The position numbers and the translations under genes are program-made. A stretch of 64,000 nt of DNA, from contig CAZALK010000001.1 of the NCBI GenBank assembly GCA_964486045.1, positions 224,001 through 288,000 on the forward strand, in the 5' to 3' direction. Numbering within the stretch: the stretch's first letter is position 1; each line of letters starts with the position of its first letter. Positions 43,661 through 52,802 of this stretch are shown here, in pieces. This DNA is from an uncultured archaeon (lineage in GTDB: Archaea > Asgardarchaeota > Lokiarchaeia > Sigyniarchaeales > SOKP01). Below the pieces are notes generated by a model that saw only the letters and a program-made list of their open reading frames with translations, searched no databases and was not told where the DNA came from.

Positions 43661-44163
43661 GTTTGTAACCCAAGAATTATTTAAAAACTTTTGTAAAAAC
43701 TTTTGAACATATCCACCAGGATATGGTTCTCCACAGTGGGACCAGACCAAGATTTATTATAGTAATCACACCTGAAAATACCAAGCAAAATAAGGAATGT
43801 TATCGCTAGAAATCCTAAAATAGGGATAAATAAATTATACTTTGGATTTAACAACACTGTCAAGCTAAGAAATCCGATATAAATTGAAGTACCAACAAAA
43901 CTAGTAATATGAGATCTTAGATCTCATGGTCGCAAAACAAATATCCGAAGAGATTTTAAGTACAAAAGGGGATTAAACCAGGATCCAAATGATTCAAAAA
44001 TGCATCTTGAAGAGACTCCTTTTAAATCCTATAAATTTATGATTTTATCTGATATCACGTTTTTTATTACAAAATCAACTTTCTCTTTTTCTTTAAATAA
44101 TCCCGACATTTTTTGTAGTAATACCCTAATTACTAAAATAAAGTACAAAATAATGACTGATAA

Positions 44164-44300
44164 AATATTCCCCTGAAAAGGAAACTTCCCAAACATTCTT
44201 GATCGACTCCTGGATAATTGAAAAAAATAGGGTTGCTGTATAATAAATAATATCTTTTTTTATTTCCTATAACTTTTTTAGACCTTAGACATCAAACTGA
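44164..44300 (+). repeat. Diverged direct copy of 45391-45530 (3' end of the ETEKA gene plus downstream flank)
   Basis: Encodes YSPEKETSQTFLIDSWIIEKNRVAV*, versus YSPEKETSQTFLIDSWIIEKNKIAV* in ORF 45171..45470. Confidence 0.85.
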
Positions 44301-44317
44301 AATTAAAGTTACAAAAT

Positions 44318-45007
44318 TTACCATGGTAGTTCTTCAATAACCTCAACTTCACCTTCAAATAATACCTCGTCTTGTTTAGATTCTGGACCCTTTATTCCTG
44401 CCCAATATAAACTTGCGTTAGAACGATATTTGTTTATTGAAAATGTATCATTAGTTAAAAACTGACTACTTCCTCTAAAACTTTTGCCAGATAACCTCAA
44501 TCTAAATATCTTTCCTTGAAGTCTTGTTTTCCAAAACGTTAATGATTCCTCATCAGGTATAACCCATATACACTTAAGTCTCGATGGGTAATTTCGGAAT
44601 ATTACATTTTCATTTCGAACTTGTTCAAATACTAATTCTCTCATCAACATAGTATATTCTCTCAAAGCGAGATGCGCATTTTCCAATAATCTATAAGGTT
44701 CCTCATATAAAGGTGGATCTATATCATCTATTCTTTCCATTTCCCCTTTTCTTACCTTAAGTATATGATCAATTAATCCATATATAGGATGGGATTCTCT
44801 TTGACCCTGATATACTATTCTAATATCATAATATATATTAAAAAATTCATTATAATCATTTCCTATCAATTTTTTTTGACCAACACTCCATTGGTGCGGC
44901 GAATCACTTCTTTGAATGTGAAAGTACTCTTTATTTTGAAGATTTTTCATGGTGTCATTCGGAGTGATTTTAATCGTGTTATCTTTTGGATTAATCGTAA
45001 TTTTCAT
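44318..45007 (-). CDS. DUF2441-like protein (ADP-ribosyltransferase-like fold)
   Basis: YFH, RELVFEQVR...YPSRLKCIW, YWAG and EVLFEGEVEVIE motifs. Confidence 0.7.
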   Translation of the reverse strand: MKITINPKDNTIKITPNDTMKNLQNKEYFHIQRSDSPHQWSVGQKKLIGNDYNEFFNIYYDIRIVYQGQRESHPIYGLIDHILKVRKGEMERIDDIDPPLYEEPYRLLENAHLALREYTMLMRELVFEQVRNENVIFRNYPSRLKCIWVIPDEESLTFWKTRLQGKIFRLRLSGKSFRGSSQFLTNDTFSINKYRSNASLYWAGIKGPESKQDEVLFEGEVEVIEELPW

Positions 45008-45170
45008 AATGTTAATAATCTCTTAAAATTAATTAAACAAACAGATTATTAAAAACTGTGATTTTATTTTTAGTAAATTTCATCAATTTGTATGGCTTTT
45101 TCAGAAAATTTGGGCATTTGACAAAGATTTTCAACTAGGGTATGTTCAAACAGAGTTTAAAGAATTCTGT

Positions 45171-45470
45171 TTGTTTAAAGCAAATAATATAATAAGAGAG
45201 GAAAAGATTATATCTCAAAATCAAGAAATAAAAGAAGAAGAGTCTGAGTTAATAGTGGTAGAAGAGATAAGTGGTGGAGATGATCTTACAAAAGTGCAAG
45301 GAATAATTGCTGGAGAAACGGAAAAAGCCGTGCTTCTTAAATTAAAAAGTGGGGCGGAAAATTGGTTTCCTAAATCGACGATTAAATCTCAATATTCTCC
45401 TGAAAAAGAAACCTCACAGACGTTCCTCATCGACTCCTGGATTATTGAAAAAAATAAAATTGCTGTATAA
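45171..45470 (+). CDS. Small beta-barrel protein with ETEKAVL...WFPKS motif
   Basis: Motif visible in the ORF; start uncertain; may be the C-terminal part of a longer gene. Confidence 0.6.
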   Translation: MFKANNIIREEKIISQNQEIKEEESELIVVEEISGGDDLTKVQGIIAGETEKAVLLKLKSGAENWFPKSTIKSQYSPEKETSQTFLIDSWIIEKNKIAV

Positions 45471-45713
45471 TTAATAATTTATTTTTTAATTCCTATTTTC
45501 TTTTTTAACCCTTAAGAAAAGAAACCAAAATTATTCTTGATAAAAGAAATCTAATCACGAGGTTACTTTAAAATTTCTGGTAATATCACCAGATTATATA
45601 AGTACTAAGCATTAATATATTTATATGGATTAAATATATATCTCACTTTATAGAAGGGAACATTATATAAAGCTAAATAATTTTTTTAACTATTCCGTTA
45701 TGAAAATCATAAA

Positions 45714-45821
45714 AGAAGCTCTAAAGCAGTTGCTTTTGATCAACAGGCAAATATTGAAGAAATTGATAAATTAATGGCATCTTATAAAGAATGGGAAGAG
45801 AAAAGGATAAGTAAGAAATAG
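45714..45821 (+). pseudogene. Orphan 3' tail of a winged-helix/helix family gene
   Basis: RSSKAVAFDQQANIEEIDKLMASYKEWEEKRISKK* with no in-frame start. Confidence 0.85.
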
Positions 45822-45967
45822 TTATTGATTAATCAGATGGTTATCAGTTATTAACGCGATTTTTCACATATTTAATACAGGAAAAAGCTTAAACTGTATT
45901 TTTAGCTTAGATGGAAATATACATTTCTAACTCAAGAAATCCTTTACTTTTAAGCTCCTTAATCAAT

Positions 45968-47344
45968 CTATTTTTTTTTAAATTTTCCTTCTTCCCAGTC
46001 TTCATATGTTTTCATCAATTTATCAATTTCATCAATTCTAATTTCTTGATCAAAAGCAATAGACTTACTACTTTCAAAATATTTTGCGTAAATTTCATTA
46101 TTTTCAATCATTTCTTTTACAGTTGATTCTATTATATCATCTTCTTCTCGACATTCTTCCGCAATTTCTTTAATTTTAATTCTAACAAATTTAGTCCCAA
46201 GTTGTATTACAGTGTTTTTAATTTTTCCAATTTTTGTTAGATTGATCAATTCTTTTATTCTCTGAGTTTGATCATTTTTTTTGTTAGAGTTCTTAATCTT
46301 ATTTACGAAATCTAAGGCTTCTTCAAAATTATTTAAAGATTCTTTGAAATTCATATTTTTTTTAAGTTCATTACCTCTTATCATTTTTTCATTTATTATT
46401 TCAAGATAAACAGTATCAATATGATTGTTGATCTCTTGCTCTTTAAGCTTCCTTTTATCTTCCAATTTTATGTTTATGGCTTTTAATAAGGCATCATTAA
46501 GAATAGCTATAGTCTTATTCAAATCATTTTCTCTTCTTTTCATATCTGCCTGTTTTATTAAATTATTTATTTCTATAAGGTATATTTGATCAAAAATTCC
46601 ATTAGTTTCATTAATCGAATTATTTTTTACTTCTGAATTAGAAATTTTTTTTACCAGTTCTAAAGCGAGATTTAACTTCTTATAAGCTTCATTAAGGTTT
46701 TTACTCTCTTTTAATTTCTTTGCATTTTCATTTAATAATTGAATCTCTGATCGATATGCATTATCAAGTTTATTTATGATCATATTTTCAATTCGGGTAG
46801 GTTTATTAAATTCACTTTGATGTAGTTTGCCTCTTCTTTCTAATGCTAATTCTTGTTTGATATTTTTTAATCTTAATTCTTCTTCTAAATTTTTAGACTT
46901 TATTTTATTTGTAACTAGATTGATAATTCGGCGAAAGTTGAGACCACATCTAAAGCAATTCGGTTCAAATTTATGACGTATTAATCCGCATCGAGGACAT
47001 TTTTTTATTTCACTTAATTTTATCTTTTTAAATTGGATATCAGGATATGTAAGTACAAATAATTTATTAACTAGCTTGAAAGCAGATTCATATACAGATA
47101 TAGGAGACTTATTTTTATCGCCTTCTTCTATTAACGAATTTATTTTATTGGTGTAAATTATATTATGCTTTTGTTCACTTGTTTTTAGCTTAGATTTAAT
47201 CTTTTCTCTAAAGTCCATATCTTGCCCATTGAATCCAGAAAACTCAATATTTAATGCTTCTTTAAACAGTTTACATGCGTCTTCATAGTTTTTCTTGCCA
47301 AATTTTACTAATCCTTGCTCATACAAATCCTTAAGTCTAATCAT
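45968..47344 (-). CDS. TPR-like repeats, Zn ribbon and C-terminal PCI-like winged helix plus helix
   Basis: CPRCG...CFRCG; ends IQLGTKFVRIKIKEIAEEC...EIYAKYFESSKSIAFDQEIRIDEIDKLMKTYEDWE. Confidence 0.8.
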   Translation of the reverse strand: MIRLKDLYEQGLVKFGKKNYEDACKLFKEALNIEFSGFNGQDMDFREKIKSKLKTSEQKHNIIYTNKINSLIEEGDKNKSPISVYESAFKLVNKLFVLTYPDIQFKKIKLSEIKKCPRCGLIRHKFEPNCFRCGLNFRRIINLVTNKIKSKNLEEELRLKNIKQELALERRGKLHQSEFNKPTRIENMIINKLDNAYRSEIQLLNENAKKLKESKNLNEAYKKLNLALELVKKISNSEVKNNSINETNGIFDQIYLIEINNLIKQADMKRRENDLNKTIAILNDALLKAINIKLEDKRKLKEQEINNHIDTVYLEIINEKMIRGNELKKNMNFKESLNNFEEALDFVNKIKNSNKKNDQTQRIKELINLTKIGKIKNTVIQLGTKFVRIKIKEIAEECREEDDIIESTVKEMIENNEIYAKYFESSKSIAFDQEIRIDEIDKLMKTYEDWEEGKFKKK

Positions 47345-47411
47345 TCGGGTTCTTTTCTCCTGGAATAAATCAATTACCTTTATCCTCTCTAATTATTTTT
47401 AATATATATTT

Positions 47412-47483
47412 TGAGAAGTAAACTTAGAATCAAGTTGAGTTGAATAATTCTTTAAGAGACAAGATTCCACTTCGTTTTTTAAG
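47412..47483 (-). repeat. Copy of the 3' end of the GTPase gene at 63795-64000
   Basis: About 70 bp near-identical to 63778-63848; encodes LKKRSGILSLKELFNST*. Confidence 0.85.
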
Positions 47484-47731
47484 TATTCTATTAGATATTA
47501 ATAGGTAAGGTGAAATAATCATTGAGACTATTAGAATCCAAAGATATAATTTAAAAAACTTATAGCTTGTTGGATTTTTCTTAGATAATAAAATTTTAAT
47601 TTTAAACACTTCTTTCCTAAAACCTGATTTTTAGTATCGATTTCCAAGTAATAAATTAAATCTTATCTTATATAAAAATTGCTTTCCTAACATAGTGTTC
47701 ATTAAAATATTAAACTTTTACAAAAACAAAG

Positions 47732-47759
47732 AATGTTCCCATATGGAAACATTTATATA
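47732..47759 (+). promoter_or_regulatory. 22-bp inverted repeat overlapping a BRE/TATA promoter for the large cluster
   Basis: aatgttcccatatggaaacatt (10 of 11 pairs complementary) runs into TTTATATA at 47752-47759, about 45 nt before ATG 47805. Confidence 0.6.
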
Positions 47760-47804
47760 TTTAAACAACCTTTTTAAATATATATCAATAGATGAATTTT
47801 ATCC

Positions 47805-49199
47805 ATGCCAAATTCAAAGAAAAAAGATAATCCAACTCGAGAACTGCCGATAAGCCTACAAGGTATCGAAACTATTTTACTATTTTTAAATGAAAAGGAT
47901 AAAACAACGTCGAGTATCCGAAATATTAGCGAACAGACCAGACTTTCCATGAGAGTCGTAAAAAATATACTTTTACAATTGGAAAAATTCAATCAAGTAG
48001 AGAGAGTCACAGTAAAAAATAACATCCTTCCAAAATGGGGGATTACAAAATTTGGAAAGAAAGTTATAAAAGAAGCGAAGGGTATAGAAAAGAATATTAA
48101 ATTTTTGAGTAGAGAAGATGAATTGTTATATAGAATTTCTGTCTATGAAAGCATTGATGACTTAAAAGAAGAAAGCAGGCAAAAACAAGAATCTATTATT
48201 TCTGAATTAGGGGCCTTACAAGTTGAATTAAGTAAAATCTTTGGTCCAATCCTTAACATAAATAATCCGATTTTTGAAGATTTGGTGAGTTTTTTTATTA
48301 AGCGAGTCAAATTTCTTAACCAACGAGTATCAAATTTACTTAAAGACCCAATTGCCAGTTATTCATTAAAAAAGATAGGTGAAAAACAGAAAAAAGTTTC
48401 AAAAGAAAAAGAAAAACTTTTATTCACAGAAATTTATTTCTTCAATTCAGTAATATTAAACGAAATAAAGCGGATATCTGATTTCATGATTAATTTATCG
48501 CACTTTATTGAGAATGAAGCGATTTCTAATGCTTATTCAGTAGCAATCGATCTGAGGGAAGAGATTAGATTATTAACAAGTTTTATTTATCAAAGAGAAT
48601 CTTTAACTGTAAATTCTCATAAACTCCCAACTGAAGATTTAAAGCAGTTATCTAAAAATAAATTTAGCGTAGAAATTTTAGATAATATAATTGAAATTCC
48701 TATGGATGACCCACAGCGAATGAAGGGAATAGAAGATGCTGTTTTAGAATTCTTGGCTTCGCTAAATAAAGGTGAGAAACTATTAAAAGACCATAGCCAT
48801 GAAATTTCTGAAAATATTCCTTTATATGCTTTATATCAATTAATTTTGGATGAAAAACCAAATTTGAATTTTACCATAGATAAATTGGAACGTGTAATAA
48901 ATTCTCTTGCTGATAGTGGATACATACCAGGAATAAAGATTATCCAAGAAGATGAAGACCATTATCTTAAAGTTGTTCAATTGAGAGCACATGATATTTC
49001 AGAGGATGAATCAAATCTCATTTCTTTTGCGCTTAAACTTCAAAAATTCACAATAGCTGATATGATAGGAGCAAGTGGTTGGACCATGGCAAAAATTACT
49101 AAAATTTTAAATACACTTACCGAGCTTGGAATCATCAAATATTCGAAATCTTTTTTACACGGTGAACAATGGTATATAGTTTCTGAGCATAATGATTAA
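47805..49199 (+). CDS. N-terminal HTH, coiled coil and C-terminal EAP30 (Vps22/Vps36, ESCRT-II)-like tandem winged helices
   Basis: SIRNISEQTRLSMRVVKNILLQLE HTH; IPLYALYQ...LERVINSL...VQL..DISEDE...TIADM...GWT..KI..IL..L...G...GEQWY follows the Vps22 pattern. Confidence 0.65.
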   Translation: MPNSKKKDNPTRELPISLQGIETILLFLNEKDKTTSSIRNISEQTRLSMRVVKNILLQLEKFNQVERVTVKNNILPKWGITKFGKKVIKEAKGIEKNIKFLSREDELLYRISVYESIDDLKEESRQKQESIISELGALQVELSKIFGPILNINNPIFEDLVSFFIKRVKFLNQRVSNLLKDPIASYSLKKIGEKQKKVSKEKEKLLFTEIYFFNSVILNEIKRISDFMINLSHFIENEAISNAYSVAIDLREEIRLLTSFIYQRESLTVNSHKLPTEDLKQLSKNKFSVEILDNIIEIPMDDPQRMKGIEDAVLEFLASLNKGEKLLKDHSHEISENIPLYALYQLILDEKPNLNFTIDKLERVINSLADSGYIPGIKIIQEDEDHYLKVVQLRAHDISEDESNLISFALKLQKFTIADMIGASGWTMAKITKILNTLTELGIIKYSKSFLHGEQWYIVSEHND

Positions 49200-49252
49200 T
49201 TTAAGAATATATAAAATAATTGAATAAAAAAATTAATTTAAAATTAAAATAA

Positions 49253-50116
49253 GTGAGGATAAACATGTTTAGAGAAATAAAACATAAAAAGTTCAAAGAT
49301 TCTGACCCTCAAATTATAGCATGGCAGAGAGGAGATAGGGGAGCTTTCGATACCCCGTTAATGTATATCTTTCCTCAAAGGGGAGATAACATTAAGGAAA
49401 AGAAATTTTTTGCTGTAAAAGACTATGAAAAAGCAATTTTTTACAATAAAGGAGCGTTAGTTGCTGTTCTTGGAGGGGGTATATACGAACTTGATAAGAA
49501 TGCAAGAATTAAAGGGACTGAAATAGTTTGGATTGATACATCCTTTACTGAAATTCCATGGGGTATTCCACAATCGGAGGGTATTCCTACTAAAGATGGA
49601 TATATTATTGGATTATATGGAGATTTAAAATTAAAAATTAGTGACCCAAAAATATTCTATAACGATGTCGTAGCAGGTACGAAGATATGGACTATTCAAA
49701 ATCTTAAAGAGTGGATTGTTGGTCTTATACATACATCTTTACGAGATATATTCAAGACTTGTACTGCGAAAAGTATAATTTTAGAAGATCGTGAGCGTGT
49801 AATTAACTTAATAACATCTAAAGTTACTGAAGAATTTTTAAGATATGGTTTAGAACTTGAAACATTTAATGTAATTGGTATAAAAGCTCCTGAAGATGCT
49901 GAAAAATTATTAATGGATGATAGAGAAAAAATTCAATATATTACTAAACAGAAAAAGGATCTCAAGAATCGCATTGAAGATCTAAAGAATAAATTAAAAG
50001 AACAACAGGATCTTTTAATAAATGATAAAATTACTCAAGAAGATTACGAGAAAAAGAAAAAGCAAATTCAAATTTTTATCGACGAAGTTCAAGAGGAATT
50101 AAAAACAATTAGTTAA
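49253..50116 (+). CDS. SPFH/band-7 domain protein with coiled coil and SHOCT-like tail
   Basis: VKDYEKAIFYNKG...GGIYEL, IPWG, YGDLKLKISDP, YGLELETFNV and KITQEDYEKKKKQI. Confidence 0.8.
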   Translation: MRINMFREIKHKKFKDSDPQIIAWQRGDRGAFDTPLMYIFPQRGDNIKEKKFFAVKDYEKAIFYNKGALVAVLGGGIYELDKNARIKGTEIVWIDTSFTEIPWGIPQSEGIPTKDGYIIGLYGDLKLKISDPKIFYNDVVAGTKIWTIQNLKEWIVGLIHTSLRDIFKTCTAKSIILEDRERVINLITSKVTEEFLRYGLELETFNVIGIKAPEDAEKLLMDDREKIQYITKQKKDLKNRIEDLKNKLKEQQDLLINDKITQEDYEKKKKQIQIFIDEVQEELKTIS

Positions 50117-50201
50117 AACAAATTATATTATCCTAATTTCAGGGAAATCTCGAAAAATGAAGAATAATTAATTAAAAAAATTAGACAAAGAAAAAATTTA
50201 A

Positions 50202-51548
50202 ATGACAAGAAAAGTAGACGTTCGGACTTATTTGAATTATTTATTGCAATATTTAAACGTAGAAGATTTAAAACAAGTATGTCGATATTTTAAAATTAAT
50301 GATGTTCTTAACTTTAAAAAATCTGAATTGATTGATTTCATAACTGAATCCTTAACCGAAGAAGAAATTGGAAACCTTTTAGAGCAGAAGGAGTTAGAAA
50401 TAATTTCAGATGGTATCGAAGTTGCGATAAACAAGATTCAGGAAGAAGACCCGGAATCAATAATTGAAATCAACATTACAGATCCTGATAAACATAAAAT
50501 TGAAATCCTTTTCAGGGGTATAAGTTGGGAAACAAATTCCTTTTTGTCAATAACAGGTGATAATATTAATAATCCTGAAAGAGGTTGTGATTGTAGATCA
50601 AGTTTAAACAAGGGCTTTTGTAATCATTTCTGGATAGGATTCATTTTTTCCCTGAAACAGGATTATTTTAAGCTTTCTGATTGGAGTCTCACACCTCTAC
50701 CTGAGGATTTTGAAGAAAAAATTAAGTCAATAAAGATTACTTATTATCCTCAGTACATTGTTGATGATGAACCATCACTTAGACAAATAAGTTTAATTGA
50801 CGAAGGTTATAATGGTTTTCAATTAAATAAAGGCGCGAGTGTTACCATTTATGAGGGTGAAATTACAGAAATTGTTGAAAAACAATCTGTAGAAAGAGCC
50901 CAATTCCATGATTTATATTCCGATGAATATTTAGAGAGATTAAGGAAAGAAGGACTTACTTATTATATGGTTTTATTGAAAAACCTAAAAATTGGACCAC
51001 GAGTATCAAGAAAAAATGATTTTCTAGACGAAATAAAAGATAAGAATATCCTCAAACTAAAAACCGGCAAAAGGACAATTAAGGATAATAAGTTAGAAAT
51101 AAAAGATAAAATTAGTGCAAAATTTAAAATTTCTAGAGATTATTTCTGGGGTTTTGTGGCGAGTATGTCGGGGAGGAAGATCGAAAAACTAGATCAAAAT
51201 CAAATTAGTCCTTATTATCTTATAAATGAGGAAAAAATAAGAAAAGAGGAATTTAGGAAAAAAAGAGAAGAACAAGATATTCTTGAAACAATTCAAGAAT
51301 TTGCAGATGAATTTACTAGAATTCACATAAATGAATTAGTAAATAAATTAAAAATGAGTGAAAAAAAAGTTATAGAAATAATAGAGAAATTAATTAAAAA
51401 TAATATAATTCCAGCAACATATGATCCCAATACGCAAGGCATTGAGTTTAATCCTATGGGGGAAATAATCGACGAATTATCTACTACAATCGAAGGATGG
51501 GGTAAAGGAGACCCGGAACAGGTTAATTCTTCTTCTAAAAAGAAATAA
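50202..51548 (+). CDS. HEH/SAP-like domain, SWIM zinc finger, OB-like region and C-terminal PCI-like winged helix plus helix
   Basis: LNVEDLKQVCR...KKSELIDFI; CDC-x8-CNH; FTRIHINELV...IIPATYD...IEF...IIDELSTTIEGW. Confidence 0.7.
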   Translation: MTRKVDVRTYLNYLLQYLNVEDLKQVCRYFKINDVLNFKKSELIDFITESLTEEEIGNLLEQKELEIISDGIEVAINKIQEEDPESIIEINITDPDKHKIEILFRGISWETNSFLSITGDNINNPERGCDCRSSLNKGFCNHFWIGFIFSLKQDYFKLSDWSLTPLPEDFEEKIKSIKITYYPQYIVDDEPSLRQISLIDEGYNGFQLNKGASVTIYEGEITEIVEKQSVERAQFHDLYSDEYLERLRKEGLTYYMVLLKNLKIGPRVSRKNDFLDEIKDKNILKLKTGKRTIKDNKLEIKDKISAKFKISRDYFWGFVASMSGRKIEKLDQNQISPYYLINEEKIRKEEFRKKREEQDILETIQEFADEFTRIHINELVNKLKMSEKKVIEIIEKLIKNNIIPATYDPNTQGIEFNPMGEIIDELSTTIEGWGKGDPEQVNSSSKKK

Positions 51549-51593
51549 AAAAATATGATGGGTTAGATAATTTAAAGGTAGAAATTAAGAAGA

Positions 51594-52676
51594 ATGAATA
51601 CTTACAAATTAATTCCACAGCTTAGAGATGGCTTAATTATTCAAGCGAAAAAAGAATGGTTATCAGATTTTAAGATTGAGGATACTGTTTTCTTAATTTC
51701 TGATTTAGTTACTAAAAAATATTCTGTAATATCAAAAATAGAAGCAATTGAATATGCTGAAGAACCTATAATCTTCATAGATAATAGGAATTTAGGCAAT
51801 TTTGGGGAGGGAGACGAGGTCTTTATTTTAAAATACAACCCTGCTGAAGCTTTAGAGGTTCACATAAATGTTTCGAACGAACATGCTATAATTACTCAAG
51901 GTGATTGGACTTCTAATATCAAACCATCGCTAATTAACAAACTTATAGATTACGGACAAGAAGTCGCATTCTTAATTCCATGGGAAGGTGGAGCACCTAT
52001 TGTTGCCACGGGAATCATAAACTCGACACTCCCAAATCCACCTGTATATATTGGAGATAGAACAAAAATTTTTATATGGAAGGGCTCAAACGAAGAACTC
52101 TCGAAAATTAAGAGAGAAAAATTGTTGATCCAAGAGGATCGCGTTGATATTTTAGAAAGACAAATCAAACAGAAAACGATCAACTTAATAAAAGAAATAA
52201 AACAGAACAATTATCCAAATAAAGGTCTAAAATACAAGTTTAAAGCAACAAATCCAAGACAATTATTTAAATCGATTCTCAATGTTTTTAAAGGGTTAGA
52301 TTCTATAGAAGATCCTATAGAAGAATCGTTTGAAGAAAAGGAACAAGATTATCTTGCATCAGCTGTATTTTTGACTAAGCAAAAGTCAGATTCAGTCCAA
52401 TTAATAGATATACAAATAATAGCTTCCGGGAATTCAGGAACACTAATAATATGGGTTACAGGAGAAAATGAGTTAATAATTTCTGAAACTTTGGAAAAAT
52501 ATGATTCAAGAATTTATCAATTACAGCAAGGTTTAGAACAGAAAGTTGAAGTTTTAAGTGCTCAATGCCCAGAGTGCGGGGGAAACCTGCCTATAAAAAA
52601 TATAGATATAAATGGAATCGTTGAATGTCTTTATTGTAATAGAATTTCAAAAATTCCAAAAGTGTTAAGGTACTAA
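51594..52676 (+). CDS. CDC48-N/UFD1-like double-psi barrel protein with C-terminal zinc ribbon
   Basis: IFIDNRNLGNFGEGDEVFILKYNPAEALEVHI resembles the CDC48 N-domain junction; P.PPVYIGDRTKI; CPECGG...CLYC. Confidence 0.55.
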   Translation: MNTYKLIPQLRDGLIIQAKKEWLSDFKIEDTVFLISDLVTKKYSVISKIEAIEYAEEPIIFIDNRNLGNFGEGDEVFILKYNPAEALEVHINVSNEHAIITQGDWTSNIKPSLINKLIDYGQEVAFLIPWEGGAPIVATGIINSTLPNPPVYIGDRTKIFIWKGSNEELSKIKREKLLIQEDRVDILERQIKQKTINLIKEIKQNNYPNKGLKYKFKATNPRQLFKSILNVFKGLDSIEDPIEESFEEKEQDYLASAVFLTKQKSDSVQLIDIQIIASGNSGTLIIWVTGENELIISETLEKYDSRIYQLQQGLEQKVEVLSAQCPECGGNLPIKNIDINGIVECLYCNRISKIPKVLRY

Positions 52677-52802
52677 AGCTTCATGAAAAATGTATCGAAT
52701 AAAAATGGCTCAAAATAAATATTTTTTTCAGTTAAAATAATTGTGATATGAATAATTTATGGTCTTCTTAATTTTCCTTATATAATTCAAGAGTATTTTA
52801 AA

